Under the pieces are notes generated by a model that did no database searches, was not told where the DNA came from, and saw nothing but the letters and a program-made list of their open reading frames with translations. Positions 1-10,621 of a DNA stretch of 64,000 bases are shown here, in pieces (position 1 is the first letter of the stretch; every line of letters starts with the position of its first letter). A program made the position numbers and the translations under genes. The stretch is from Cenarchaeum sp. (lineage in GTDB: Archaea > Thermoproteota > Nitrososphaeria > Nitrososphaerales > Nitrosopumilaceae): positions 928,001 through 992,000 of the forward strand of contig CBDESU010000002.1 in assembly GCA_965242695.1 (NCBI GenBank). Direction: 5' to 3'.

Positions 1-325
1 GCGGCGCCGCGGGCCGGCGCGGGGCGGCCCGCCACTGGCTCTCGCTGCGGGTTGCCCACGGAGCCGAGGCGCCAGGGCCTCGCCACGAGATGATCTGCGG
101 GCTGGGCAGCCCCTTGCACTTTTGCGAGAGCCATGCCGGCCTGCTCGCCTGCTGCCTTGGCTCCGGGGCCGAGCAGGCCGGGCGGGACCGCATTGGCGCC
201 GTCCCGACGCCCCTCGCCGGCGCCGTGGCCCGCCAGGTCCCCTGCACGCATCACGACCGGCGCCAGCGCGGCGGGCAGGGCGCGCCGCCCAAAGGCAGAA
301 ATATGCCGCCCCGACCGGCTTCCCA

Positions 326-580
326 ATGGCCGAGAACACCGTCCTCTACCGCCGCTGGCCCAGCGGCCAGCTCGTCCAGTACGTGTTTGGCGGCCGCTCC
401 GCCTACACCTACCTCATCGATCAGCATGGCCACCGCCGCCTCAAGCGGCACGCCACAGTCACGGACATGGACGATGCGATCCGTCATCTCACATCGGGCA
501 CCCCCGTCGACCCCAAGGACGTCCCTGCCGAGCCCGACCTGATCGAGCGCGCAACCGGCTCCCTGTCCGGCCATGCGTGA
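326..580 (+). CDS. small hypothetical protein (84 aa)
   Basis: ATG at 326 (MAENTVLYRRW...), protein-like composition unlike the overlapping GC-driven frames; no family recognised. Confidence 0.5.
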   Translation: MAENTVLYRRWPSGQLVQYVFGGRSAYTYLIDQHGHRRLKRHATVTDMDDAIRHLTSGTPVDPKDVPAEPDLIERATGSLSGHA

Positions 581-677
581 GGCGGCCCGCCGCCGGGGCG
601 CCTTCGCCCGCGCCTGATCGCACCCTGATTCGCCGCCTCGCGATGCGGTCTTATGTGGCCAAAGCCGGCATTCGACC

Positions 678-1427
678 GTGTACTTTATGTTTGTCGACGA
701 CTCGGGGAGCGCCCGGCCGGACCGCGCCGGCGAGAGCGGGGGCGGCAGCGTGCACATACTGAGCGGCCTGATCGTGCACGAGCGCGACCTGCAGGGCGCT
801 CGGGCTGCAGTCAACGACGCCAAGCGCGCCATACTCGCCGGGCTGGACCCCGAGAGCTGGGAGCTGCATGCGTACCACATGTGGAACAACAGAGGCGACT
901 TTTCGGGGGAGGATCGCCGCCTCGATCTTGCAGGAAAGAGGGGGGCGTTCTCGAGGGCGGTGGAGGGCATCGCGGGGTCGGGGGCCACGCTGGTCAGCGT
1001 CGTGGTCTGGAAGGACCGCCTGCCTGCCGGCCGCGGCAAGCGGCGCACCCGCGCCCTGTCGTGGCGACTTCTTGTGGAGCGGTTCGAGGCGTACCTGGAG
1101 GAAAGGGGCGGCGGGGATCTCGGCATGGTCGTCTCGGACGCGAGCAACCCCACGGTCGAGGCGGAGATCGAAGGGGCGCTCCAAGAGTCGGAGGCGAGGG
1201 CCGTGCGCAGGGGCCGGCACAGCCTGGTCCTCGACTGCGTGATCTTCAAGGACTCGCGCCGCGAGCCGCTCATACAGGCGGCCGACGTGGCCGCGTACAT
1301 ACTCCAGAGGCGCTGCGGCGGGGACGAGTCGTTCGAGGAGTGGTTCGATGCGCTCTGCCAGAGCATGTGGAAGCGCGGGGGCAGCATCCGCGGGTCCGGC
1401 ATCAAGCACTATCCGGCTCCAGGATAG
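678..1427 (+). CDS. DUF3800-family protein
   Basis: N-terminal YFMFVDDSG and C-terminal DS...LIQAADVAAY motifs typical of DUF3800. Confidence 0.8.
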   Translation: MYFMFVDDSGSARPDRAGESGGGSVHILSGLIVHERDLQGARAAVNDAKRAILAGLDPESWELHAYHMWNNRGDFSGEDRRLDLAGKRGAFSRAVEGIAGSGATLVSVVVWKDRLPAGRGKRRTRALSWRLLVERFEAYLEERGGGDLGMVVSDASNPTVEAEIEGALQESEARAVRRGRHSLVLDCVIFKDSRREPLIQAADVAAYILQRRCGGDESFEEWFDALCQSMWKRGGSIRGSGIKHYPAPG

Positions 1428-1983
1428 CGGGACGGCGGCGGCGCCATGGTGCGCAGTGCCGCCCCTCTTCCCGGCCCTCTCGGCTCCGTCCGCCTGCGGC
1501 GCTCCCGGCAGGCAGCCGTTCCACGCGCCGGGCCGCCGCCAAGGGCGGCGCGCTCTGCAGGGGCCCGAGCGCGCCGGCCCTGCAGCGCGGGCGCATGCCT
1601 CCGACACTTGGCGCGCCCCGCCGATTCCAGACCGAGCCCTGCGGCTGCATGCCCCGAGGCCGCCGCGCGCGGCTCCGCCCCCCATGTCGGGGCTGCGGGG
1701 TTCGAAGCCCTGCCTGACGGCACCCGCGCCCTGCCTGCCAAGCCTTCCTGCTCCGCCCCCCCCTGCTCCGCGGCGGCAGGCCGGACGGCCGGCCAGAGCC
1801 GTGCGGGGCGCAGCCGACCGCCAGGCAGGGGCCGCCAGCGGGTAGGGCCTGGGGGCGTGGCAGCCGCCCCGGGCCGGCCCCGCATGCCGCCCCAACCCGC
1901 CCCTGCGACCCCCTCCCCCGCCCCGGATCCCGCCGGCCGGCCCCTCACAACATTAAAAACGGCCCCGGCGCGGCCGCGCGCCG

Positions 1984-2592
1984 TTGGTTGCGGACAAGCA
2001 ACTCGTCGAGACGATCGACAGGATACTGGCCGAGTCCGAGGCGGGCCTGCTCTCCAAGCTTGACGAGGCGCACGCCGCATCGGCCGCCAAGATCGACGAG
2101 TCCGGCCCCATGCTGGAGGAAGAGTACACCCGCATCCTCGACGAGGGCCGCAAGGAGGCCGACAAGGTGTCGCGCCAGATCGTAGGGGGGGCCGACCTCA
2201 AGGCGCGCAACGCGCAGCTAGTCCTGGTCGAGGAGTCCATCTCGGCCGCCTTTGACAGGGCCGTCGAGCGCATACGGTCGGCCGACCGCGCCACCGCCGA
2301 CTACGAGGGCCTCGTAGAGGTGCTCGTGCGCGAGTCGACCGACGCGCTAGGCACGACCGACGTCGTAGTCTCCACCAGCTCCCAGGACGAGCCGGCCGTC
2401 AGGGCGGCCCTGGGCAGGTTCGAGGGCGCCGAGATGTCGGGCGAGGCGATAGAGTGCCTCGGCGGCGTCCGCGTCCGCTCAAGGGACGGCACTATGTCTT
2501 ACGACAACACGCTCGACTCGCGCATCGAGCGCATGAAGCCTTTAATTAGAAAGGAAATCGCGGCGCAGTTCGATACGGCAGGTAGCAGCTAA
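1984..2592 (+). CDS. atpE: A/V-type ATP synthase subunit E
   Basis: Helical N-terminus, C-terminal [20 protein letters not shown]; first gene of the ATPase operon; ATTAAAA box at about 1952. Confidence 0.9.
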   Translation: MVADKQLVETIDRILAESEAGLLSKLDEAHAASAAKIDESGPMLEEEYTRILDEGRKEADKVSRQIVGGADLKARNAQLVLVEESISAAFDRAVERIRSADRATADYEGLVEVLVRESTDALGTTDVVVSTSSQDEPAVRAALGRFEGAEMSGEAIECLGGVRVRSRDGTMSYDNTLDSRIERMKPLIRKEIAAQFDTAGSS

Positions 2593-2593
2593 A

Positions 2594-4372
2594 ATGGTGG
2601 CAAAGGGACGCATTGTATGGGTGAGTGGGCCGGCGGTGAAGGCCGACGGCATGGCCGACGCCAAGATGTACGAGACGGTCTCGGTCGGCGAGGCAAAGCT
2701 GATCGGCGAGGTGATCCGGCTCACCGGCGACGTGGCCTTCATACAGGTGTACGAGTCGACGAGCGGCCTAAAGCCGGGCGAGCCCGTGGTCGGCACAGGC
2801 GATCCGCTCAGCGTCCTGCTCGGCCCGGGAATCATAGGCCAGCTCTACGACGGGATACAGAGGCCGCTGCAGGAGCTCTCCAAGAAGTCGGGGTCGTTCA
2901 TCGGCAGGGGGATCACGACGACCCCCGTCGACATGTCCCGCAAGCACCACTTTGTGCCGTCCGTCTCCGTCGGCGACAAGGTCGCGCCCGGCTCGATAAT
3001 CGGGTCGGTCGAGGAGACCGAGCTGGTCACGCACAAGATAATGCTCCCGCCCGACCACCCCGGCGGCGCCCTCAAGAGCATCGTCGGCGAGGGCGACTAC
3101 GACTTGGAGACCGAGATGGCCGAGCTCGAGGGCGATGCGCCGCCGGTCAAGATGTACCACAGGTGGCCCGTTCGGCACGCGCGCCCGTACGGCCAGCGGT
3201 ACGACCCGACCGTCCCCCTGCTGACCGGCCAGCGCGTAATCGACACGTTCTTCCCCATGGCAAAGGGCGGCACGGGCTCGATCCCCGGAGCGTTCGGCAC
3301 GGGCAAGACCGTCACGCTGCACCAGATCGCAAAGTGGGCCGACGCGCAGGTCGTCGTGTACATTGGGTGCGGCGAGCGCGGCAACGAGATGACCGAGGTG
3401 CTCACCGAGTTTCCCGAGCTAAAGGACCCGCGCACGGGCAAGCCGCTCATGGACCGTACCATACTCGTGGCCAACACGAGCAACATGCCGGTGGCCGCGC
3501 GCGAGGCGAGCATCTACACGGGGGTTACGATGGCCGAGTACTATCGCGACATGGGCATGGACGTCGTCCTCGTCGCCGACTCTACGAGCCGGTGGGCCGA
3601 GGCGCTGCGCGAGATGAGCGGGCGCCTAGAGGAGATGCCCGCCGAGGAGGGGTACCCGTCGTACCTGGCGTCGAGGCTAGCCGAGTTCTACGAGAGGGCC
3701 GGCCGCGTGCGCGCCGCCGGCAGCCCCGACCGCGACGGCTCGGTCACGCTGGTCGGCGCCGTCTCGCCGTCCGGCGGCGACTTTACAGAGCCGGTCACCA
3801 CGCATACGATGCGGTTCATCAAGACGTTCTGGGCGCTCGACGCAAAGCTCGCCTATTCCCGGCACTATCCGTCGATCAACTGGATGAACAGCTACTCGGG
3901 CTACCTGTCTGACATTGCAAAGTGGTGGTCGTCGAACGTCACAAAGGACTGGCTAGAGCTGCGCGGCGAGGCGTACGGCGTGCTGCAGCGCGAGGACACG
4001 CTCAAGGAGATCGTCCGGCTGCTCGGCCCAGAGGCGCTCCCCGACGACCAGAAGCTCATACTGGAGGTCGCCCGCATGATAAAGATCGGCATCCTCCAGC
4101 AGAACTCGTTCGACGAGGTCGACACGTACTGCGGCCCCAAGAAGCAGGTGCGCCTGCTAGAGCTGATGGTGCGCTTCTACAGGGAGGGCCAGCAGGCGCT
4201 CAGGGACGGCGCGTCGCTCGAGGACATTCGCACGATGCCGGCGGTCAACTCGCTCCTAAAGGCGCGCATGGACGTAAAGGACGACGACGAGGCGGGCCTC
4301 GACGCGCTCGCGCAGCAGATGGCCGACGGGTTCAAGTCGGCCGCGGGGCAAAAGGTGGAGGTGCCGCAGTAG
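2594..4372 (+). CDS. atpA: A/V-type ATP synthase subunit A
   Basis: Walker [40 protein letters not shown]; no intein. Confidence 0.98.
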   Translation: MVAKGRIVWVSGPAVKADGMADAKMYETVSVGEAKLIGEVIRLTGDVAFIQVYESTSGLKPGEPVVGTGDPLSVLLGPGIIGQLYDGIQRPLQELSKKSGSFIGRGITTTPVDMSRKHHFVPSVSVGDKVAPGSIIGSVEETELVTHKIMLPPDHPGGALKSIVGEGDYDLETEMAELEGDAPPVKMYHRWPVRHARPYGQRYDPTVPLLTGQRVIDTFFPMAKGGTGSIPGAFGTGKTVTLHQIAKWADAQVVVYIGCGERGNEMTEVLTEFPELKDPRTGKPLMDRTILVANTSNMPVAAREASIYTGVTMAEYYRDMGMDVVLVADSTSRWAEALREMSGRLEEMPAEEGYPSYLASRLAEFYERAGRVRAAGSPDRDGSVTLVGAVSPSGGDFTEPVTTHTMRFIKTFWALDAKLAYSRHYPSINWMNSYSGYLSDIAKWWSSNVTKDWLELRGEAYGVLQREDTLKEIVRLLGPEALPDDQKLILEVARMIKIGILQQNSFDEVDTYCGPKKQVRLLELMVRFYREGQQALRDGASLEDIRTMPAVNSLLKARMDVKDDDEAGLDALAQQMADGFKSAAGQKVEVPQ

Positions 4373-5761
4373 ATGGCCGACAAGGGCGGCGTGCAGTACA
4401 GCAAGATCGCCGAGATCAAGGGGCCGCTCGTCGTAGTCGACGACGTCGACAACGCCGCGTTCGACGAGCTGGTCGAGATACAGACCCGCGAGGGCGGAAG
4501 GAGGCTCGGCAAGGTGCTAGAGGTCGGCAACGGCAAGGCGATCGTGCAGGTCTTCGAGGGCACGACCGGCCTGTCCGTGTCTGGCACGAGCGCAAAGTTC
4601 GTCGGCAAGGTCATGGAGATGCCCGTGTCCGAGCAGGTCCTCGGCCGCGTATTCGACGGGCTCGGACGCCCAAAGGACGGCCTGCCCGACCCGATCGCCG
4701 AAAAGTTCCTAGACATCAACGGCGAGCCGATGAACCCCGAGCAGCGCGAGTACCCGCGCGACTTCATCCAGACCGGCGTGTCCGTCATCGACGGCATGCT
4801 CACCCTGGTCCGCGGGCAAAAGCTGCCGATATTCTCGGGGTCTGGCATGTCGCACAACATACTCGCCGCCCAGATCGCGCGCCAGGCCGCCGTCGTCGGC
4901 AGCGGGGAAGAGTTTGCCGTCGTGTTCGCCGCCATCGGCGTGCAGTACAGCGAGTCCGAGTACTTTAGGCGCAGCCTGGAAGAGTCCGGCGCCCTCAAGC
5001 GCAGCGTCCTGTTCCTAAACCTGGCCGACGACCCCGCAATCGAGCGCATCATTACGCCGCGCGTCGCGCTCACGGTCGCCGAGTACCTTGCGTACGACCT
5101 CGGCATGCACGTGCTCGTCATACTCACCGACATGACAAACTACTCCGAGGCGCTGCGCGAGATCAGCGCGGCCCGGGAAGAGGTGCCCGGCCGCAAGGGG
5201 TACCCGGGCTACCTGTACACCGACCTGTCTACGATATACGAGCGCGCCGGCCGCCTGCGCGGGCGCCCGGGCAGCGTCACGCAGATGCCGATCCTCTCGA
5301 TGCCGTCGGACGACATTACCCACCCCATACCGGACCTGACGGGGTACATTACCGAGGGGCAGATCGTGCTCGGGCGCGACCTGTTCCGCCAGGGCGTGTA
5401 CCCGCCGGTCAACATACTGATGAGCCTCAGCCGCATCATGAAGGACGGCATCGGCAAGGGCCGCACGCGCGAGGACCACCAGGAGATATCGAACCAAAAC
5501 TACGACGCGTACTCTCGCGCGCAGGAGGTGCGCGCGCTCGCCGGGATCGTCGGCAAGGCCGGCCTCACGCCCGTCGACCTAAAGTACATGGGGTTCGGCG
5601 ACGACTTTGAGGGGTCGTTCCTCTCGCAGGCCGTCGACGAGAACCGCACCATCGACGAGACGCTCGGCCTGCTGTGGCGCGCCGTCTCGAACCTGCCGCG
5701 CGGCGAGCTGACAAAGGTAAAGGACAAGTACATCGACGAGCACTACAAGGAGAAGAGGTGA
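4373..5761 (+). CDS. atpB: A/V-type ATP synthase subunit B
   Basis: [39 protein letters not shown]. Confidence 0.98.
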   Translation: MADKGGVQYSKIAEIKGPLVVVDDVDNAAFDELVEIQTREGGRRLGKVLEVGNGKAIVQVFEGTTGLSVSGTSAKFVGKVMEMPVSEQVLGRVFDGLGRPKDGLPDPIAEKFLDINGEPMNPEQREYPRDFIQTGVSVIDGMLTLVRGQKLPIFSGSGMSHNILAAQIARQAAVVGSGEEFAVVFAAIGVQYSESEYFRRSLEESGALKRSVLFLNLADDPAIERIITPRVALTVAEYLAYDLGMHVLVILTDMTNYSEALREISAAREEVPGRKGYPGYLYTDLSTIYERAGRLRGRPGSVTQMPILSMPSDDITHPIPDLTGYITEGQIVLGRDLFRQGVYPPVNILMSLSRIMKDGIGKGRTREDHQEISNQNYDAYSRAQEVRALAGIVGKAGLTPVDLKYMGFGDDFEGSFLSQAVDENRTIDETLGLLWRAVSNLPRGELTKVKDKYIDEHYKEKR

Positions 5762-5767
5762 GGGCGC

Positions 5768-6406
5768 TTGTCGTTCGGCCAGAGCGTTGCGGCAACAAAG
5801 ATCGAGCTGCTAAAGTACAAGCGCTCGACGCAGGTGGCCACGATGGTACAAAAGATACTCGACGACAAGCGCAAGGTCCTGCTAAAGAACATCGAGGAGA
5901 TGATCGACGAGGCCTCGAAGGCGCGCGGCGGCATCTGGGATCCCCTCCAGGACGTCTACTCTTCGGTCAACGAGGCGTACCTCACCCTCGGGACGAGCAC
6001 GGTCGACCTCGTCGCCGAGTCGGCGCCTGCCGTCATGGAGGTCGACATGTCGGTGCGCAGGATCGTCGACGTAAAGATACCGGCCCTCGAGGTGACCGAA
6101 AAGGACACAAAGTCGATGCCGTACGGCTTTGCCGACACGAACGCGTCGATCGACCGCGCCTCAAAGCAGATCAAGGAGCTGCTCCCGCGCATATGCAAGG
6201 CCGCCGAGTACGAGAACTCTATCTTCAGCCTAGCAAAGGCGCTAGAAAAGACGCAAAAGCTGCTCAACGCGCTGGAGAACGTGATCATCCCGCAGTACCA
6301 GGACAAGATACGCTTCATCGTGGCCACGCTAGAGGAGCGCGAGCGCGAGGAGTTTGCAAAGCTGAAAAAGGTCAAGGCGGCCATAGAGAGGCGCAAGGGG
6401 CAATGA
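5768..6406 (+). CDS. atpD: A/V-type ATP synthase subunit D
   Basis: ATKIEL..., NALENVIIP, LEEREREEF motifs; follows atpB. Confidence 0.95.
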   Translation: MSFGQSVAATKIELLKYKRSTQVATMVQKILDDKRKVLLKNIEEMIDEASKARGGIWDPLQDVYSSVNEAYLTLGTSTVDLVAESAPAVMEVDMSVRRIVDVKIPALEVTEKDTKSMPYGFADTNASIDRASKQIKELLPRICKAAEYENSIFSLAKALEKTQKLLNALENVIIPQYQDKIRFIVATLEEREREEFAKLKKVKAAIERRKGQ

Positions 6407-6534
6407 CGCGCGACGAGATTGCGGGGCAGATCGCCGAGGCGAGGGCCTCGCTCGACAAGAGGCGCGACGAGCTGGCCGAGTCGATCCGCAAGGACGTCGC
6501 CAAGTTCCGGCAAAAGGCCATCGACGCGGCCTGA
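6403..6534 (+). CDS. 43-aa helical peptide translationally coupled to atpD
   Basis: ATGA overlap with the atpD stop; MTRDEIAGQIAEARASLDKRRDELAESIRKDVAKFRQKAIDAA. Confidence 0.6.
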   Translation: MTRDEIAGQIAEARASLDKRRDELAESIRKDVAKFRQKAIDAA

Positions 6535-6660
6535 CGAGTGCCTTCCTGCCTGCCCCCGCCCCCGCCGCTGGCGGCGTATGCGCGCCGGGGCCGCCCCCGC
6601 AGCCCGCGCCCTGGTCTTGGCCGCCCCCGCCCCTCCCCGCCCCGCTTGCGGGGATGGGAG

Positions 6661-6920
6661 GGGGCCTTGCCGGGCCTTGCCGGGCCTTGCCGGGCCTTGC
6701 CGGGCCTTGCCGGGCCTTGCCGGGCCTTGCCGGGCCTTGCCGGGCCTTGCCGGGCCTTGCCGGGCCTTGCCGGGCCTTGCCGGGCCTTGCCGGGCCTTGC
6801 CGGGCCTTGCCGGGCCTTGCCGGGCCTTGCCGGGCCTTGCCGGGCCTTGCCGGGCCTTGCCGGGCCTTGCCGGGCCTTGCCGGGCCTTGCCGGGCCTTGC
6901 CGGGCCTTGCCGGGCCTTGC
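6661..6920. repeat. 10-bp tandem repeat (CGGGCCTTGC) x26
   Basis: Directly visible; no spacers. Confidence 0.97.
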
Positions 6921-7150
6921 CCGCAGCCTCGTACTAGCGCCCCCGTCCCCATGCCGCCCCGCCGCCGGCTGGCCGGCGAGGGCAATTGGGGCAAGGCGCC
7001 CGCCCGCCGGCGCCTAGGGCCGCCCCTCTCCCCGTCTTGGCCGCCGGCCGCCCCACTGGGGGTGCGGCAGGCCCCCTCCCCCCTCCCGCGGCCGCGCCGG
7101 CGGCAGCCCCCTCACGACTTAAATAAGGACATTTGGGCCGCCGGCCGTAC

Positions 7151-7462
7151 ATGAAAGCGGTCATGTTTGCCTTGATGGCGGTCTCGGCGGCGTGCTTGGC
7201 GTCCGGGTTTACCGAGCTTGCATACGCCCAAGAGTCTGGCTCTTCGGGAATGAGCGACGGCTCTAAGCTGATCGGCGCCGGCCTCGCGTTCGGCATCGCT
7301 GCCGGCGGCGCCGGCCTCGGACTCGGCTATGTCGGCTCGGCCGGCCTCGCTGTCATCAGCGAAAACCCCGCCCTGCAGTCCAAGGTATTCATCTTCATCG
7401 GCATGGTAGAGTCGATCGCGATCTACGGCATCGTCATGATGTTCATCATACTCGGCCAGTAG
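7151..7462 (+). CDS. atpK: A/V-type ATP synthase proteolipid subunit c/K with N-terminal signal-like extension
   Basis: GAGLAFGIAAGGAGLGLG glycine zipper, ENP loop, catalytic Glu in MVESIAIY; own TATA (CTTAAATA about 7118). Confidence 0.93.
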   Translation: MKAVMFALMAVSAACLASGFTELAYAQESGSSGMSDGSKLIGAGLAFGIAAGGAGLGLGYVGSAGLAVISENPALQSKVFIFIGMVESIAIYGIVMMFIILGQ

Positions 7463-7505
7463 ATCGCCCAAGACACCGTACGCTGCCTTTTTGGTCTCCG
7501 CGGGG

Positions 7506-7641
7506 CCCCTCCCGCGCGCCCTTTCCGCCTCCTTACGGCGCATGAGCATCTGCTCGCACGCGGGGCCTCCTCGCAGCCCCTCCCGCGCGCCCTTTCCGCC
7601 TCCTTACGGCGCATGAGCATCTGCTCGCACGCGGGGCCTCC
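7506..7641. repeat. about 65-bp direct duplication between atpK and pyrI
   Basis: CCCCTCCCGCGCGCCCTTTCCGCCTCCTTACGGCGCATGAGCATCTGCTCGCACGCGGGGCCTCC occurs twice. Confidence 0.85.
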
Positions 7642-7789
7642 GCGGGCCCCTCCCGCCAGGCCCTGGCAGGCGGCATCGCCGGCCCTGCGACAGCGCTGCA
7701 AGACGGGCGCCGGCGGGCGTCCCTGCCCCCCTGACGTGGGCCGCGGGCCGCCGCCAGACGCCGGCGGCCGTCCCTCCGCGCGCGGCCCG

Positions 7790-8266
7790 TCAGCTGTAGT
7801 CGAGCCTGCTCACGTCTAGTATCCGCGTGCAGTAGCGGCACTTGAGGACCAGGCCCTCCCTGTCCATGACATCCATGACCGGCTCTATGTGCTCGCGCTC
7901 GCTGTTCGTGATGCACTCGGGGTTGGTGCAGCGGAATATGCGGTCGATCTTGTTGGGCAGCGAGACGCGGCGCTTCTCGGCAAGCTTGTAGTTGCGTATG
8001 ATGTTGACCGTCGCGCGAGGCGCAATGACGGCGAGCTTGTTCGTGTCGTCGTCCCTGAGGAAGCGCCCCTCTACCTTGATGATGTCCTTCTTTGTGTACT
8101 TGCCGCTCGGCACGTTCAGGGCGATCGTGATCAGGCCGCCGTTGCCGCCGGCGCCCCCGCCCGCAATGCCGAGCGCGCCGAGCACCTGCAGGCCCTTGCC
8201 CTCGTCTATGTGGTCGATGACCGTCCCCTCGCTGATCCTGCGCACGATGAGCTCGGACTCGTCCAT
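7790..8266 (-). CDS. pyrI: aspartate carbamoyltransferase regulatory subunit
   Basis: GTVIDHI, KKDIIKVE, CTNPECIT...CRYC zinc ligands. Confidence 0.96.
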   Translation of the reverse strand: MDESELIVRRISEGTVIDHIDEGKGLQVLGALGIAGGGAGGNGGLITIALNVPSGKYTKKDIIKVEGRFLRDDDTNKLAVIAPRATVNIIRNYKLAEKRRVSLPNKIDRIFRCTNPECITNSEREHIEPVMDVMDREGLVLKCRYCTRILDVSRLDYS

Positions 8267-8363
8267 CGGGGAGGCCCGCCGCGCGCCGGTATATAACAAT
8301 GGGCGCCGGCCGCCGGCCCGCCGCGCGGACTATTTTTAACGGACTGCGCCCGCGGCGGCCCGC

Positions 8364-9302
8364 TTGGTGGACGGGTTCCTTGGCGCCGATATAGTCTCGG
8401 TGCGCGACTTTGACAGGGACAGGCTCGAGGCCGTCTTCGAGGCGACCGACCGCGTGGCGGCGATGCCGCCCGGCGGGCGCAGGGAGCTGGCGCGCGGGCG
8501 CACGCTAGGCCACCTGTTCTACGAGCCGAGCACGCGCACGCGTTTGAGCTTTGAGGCGGCGATGGCCATGATGGGGGGCACGTCGCTCGGCATAGCCGAT
8601 GTCTCGTCGTCGTCGACGCAAAAGGGCGAGAGCCTGGCCGACACGGTGCGGACGATCTCGATGTACACCGACGCGCTCGTCCTGCGCCACCCGCTCGACG
8701 GGTCGAGCCGGTTCGCCGCCGAGGTCTCGGACAAGCCCGTCATAAACGGCGGCAGCGGCACCGAGGAGCACCCGACGCAGGCCATACAGGACCTGTACAC
8801 GATCAGGGCCGAAAAGGGCCGCATAGACGGCCTGTCGATCGGGATCATAGGCGACCTAAAGTACGGCCGGACGGTCTACTCTCTGCTCCAGGCGCTCGGC
8901 AACTACGACGTGAGGGTGAGCCTCGCCTCGCCGCCGGCGCTGCGCATACGCAAGGACTCGACGTACGACATCAGCAAGAGGCTGGACCTGGCCGAGCACG
9001 ACGGCATCGACGCGTTCGTCGACGACATCGACGTCCTGTACGTGACGCGCGTGCAGAAGGAGAGGTTTCCCGACGAGGAAGAGTACCTGCGCGTAAAGGG
9101 CAGCTACGTCGTCGGGCTCGACGTGGTGCAGAGGATGCGCGACGACGCGATCGTAATGCACCCGCTGCCGCGCCTCGATGAGATCGCCGCCGAGGTAGAC
9201 GCGGCGCCGCAGGCAAGGTACTTCAAACAGGCCGAGAACGGCATGTACGCAAGGGCGGCCCTGCTGGGGCTGATACTCGGCGCGGACGGGCTCTTGGGGT
9301 GA
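8364..9302 (+). CDS. pyrB: aspartate carbamoyltransferase catalytic subunit
   Basis: FYEPSTRT, HPTQ, GDLKYGRT, MHPLPR; divergent from pyrI. Confidence 0.97.
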   Translation: MVDGFLGADIVSVRDFDRDRLEAVFEATDRVAAMPPGGRRELARGRTLGHLFYEPSTRTRLSFEAAMAMMGGTSLGIADVSSSSTQKGESLADTVRTISMYTDALVLRHPLDGSSRFAAEVSDKPVINGGSGTEEHPTQAIQDLYTIRAEKGRIDGLSIGIIGDLKYGRTVYSLLQALGNYDVRVSLASPPALRIRKDSTYDISKRLDLAEHDGIDAFVDDIDVLYVTRVQKERFPDEEEYLRVKGSYVVGLDVVQRMRDDAIVMHPLPRLDEIAAEVDAAPQARYFKQAENGMYARAALLGLILGADGLLG

Positions 9303-9456
9303 GGGGGGGTCGGGCGGCGCCCGCCGTGCTGCATTTTGCGGGCATCGCCGGGCGGCCTCGCCCACCTGCGCCCGCCTCGGGCCGGCCACGACATCGCACC
9401 AAAGCCGATTCCGGCATCTGCCAGCTGTTTATACCGCCCAAGTGGGAGCTGCGGCA

Positions 9457-9627
9457 ATGGGCGAAACGTACAGCATGCTAGTGTCCTGCCGCAACTGCAT
9501 GCTCGAGCTGGCCATCCCGATAGACAAGGGCAAGCTGCGGGAGCAAGTCGACTGGGACAAAATGCCGTGCGTCAACTGTGGAACATGCAAGCTGGATCCG
9601 TCGACGATCAGGCCGTGCTCACCCTAG
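9457..9627 (+). CDS. small CxxC...CxxC zinc-ribbon protein
   Basis: CRNC and CVNC pairs; TTTATA about 25 nt upstream. Confidence 0.6.
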   Translation: MGETYSMLVSCRNCMLELAIPIDKGKLREQVDWDKMPCVNCGTCKLDPSTIRPCSP

Positions 9628-9876
9628 CGACCTGTCGCCACCGCGGCGTCTGGTCGCCTCGTACAGTCGCTCCTTAGCCAGCGTCACCCCGGTCACTTCG
9701 CTCCCGTACCGAATATCCACCCGACGGCGATGCCTTCGCCGAGCGCCCGGCTTGGCAATTCGCATGCAACATCGCCGCCTGGCGCTGTAGGGTGCCGCGC
9801 CTAGTCCTAGTGCCACGTGCACGGCCCCATCGGCGCAGCACGTGGAAGCAGAGTGCGCTCCTGCCAGGGGGATGCG

Positions 9877-10614
9877 CTACGGCCGCGGCCGCCCTGCGTC
9901 GGCCCGCTCGGGCGGGGACGGCACGAACGGGACGGGCGGGGGCTCGATGTACCCGCGGGCCAGCAGCGCATCGCGCGTGTCGGGCCGGAGGCAGAGCGGC
10001 TCGCCGCCGCGCAGGTGCAGGACGAGCCCCTCGTTGCAGGCCACCGTCGACGGCACTATCCCGTGGCGGTGCGCCTGCCGGTGCGGTGCGGGGTAGGGCG
10101 GCTCGAGCAGGGACTGCCCGGCGCACTCTGTCGGTAGCGGCTTGCTCACAAGCTTCATGGGGAGCAGGAAGTTTCCAAACGAAACCCTGAGGGTCCTTGC
10201 ATGGGGCTCGAGGGCTATCGTGTACTCGGTAAAGCACTTCGAGCTGGACATGTTGAAGGCAAGGAGCCCCATCTGCCCAATCCTATCCTAGATGTCGGTA
10301 TAGTAGGACATGTAGTAGGGCACATCGAGCATGGTTCCGTTCATGAACCATATTCTTACCTGTGTGTAGTTGTAGTCCGTCTCCCTGACCCAAATTGGGT
10401 AGTTCAGGGGCGTTTTTACCACTAATGTGGAATTGGCCTCGGCGGGATCCACCGTCATGTAAAAATGGGCCCTGCCCTCGGTCTCAAAGTCGGTTGCTAT
10501 GCCCGGCTCTACGTGTATCTTGAACATCAGGCCCTCTGTGCTCGGGTCAGACTCGGCCGTGCCCGGGGCCAGCGCGATGCTGAAGAGAAGTATGGGGAGC
10601 GGGAGGAAGGTCAT
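9877..10614 (-). pseudogene. secreted hypothetical protein interrupted by an in-frame TAG at 10288-10290
   Basis: ORFs 10288..10614 and 9877..10272 are in one frame (..YTDI*DRIGQMG..); signal peptide; C-terminal CNEGL..CLRPDT..LLARG motif recalled from thaumarchaeal exported proteins. Confidence 0.65.
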
Positions 10615-10621
10615 CGGCGGC

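Noticed and set aside
1348-2080. Multiple overlapping Arg/Pro/Ala-rich ORFs here and in other intergenic regions (e.g. 41700-42600)
   Set aside because: Expected stop-poor frames in very GC-rich DNA; no motifs
6661-6920. CRISPR array
   Set aside because: Contiguous 10-bp units without spacers; no cas genes in the window
10288-10290. Pyrrolysine recoding
   Set aside because: TAG is an ordinary stop for many genes here (atpA, atpK, nrdJ); no pyl genes seen
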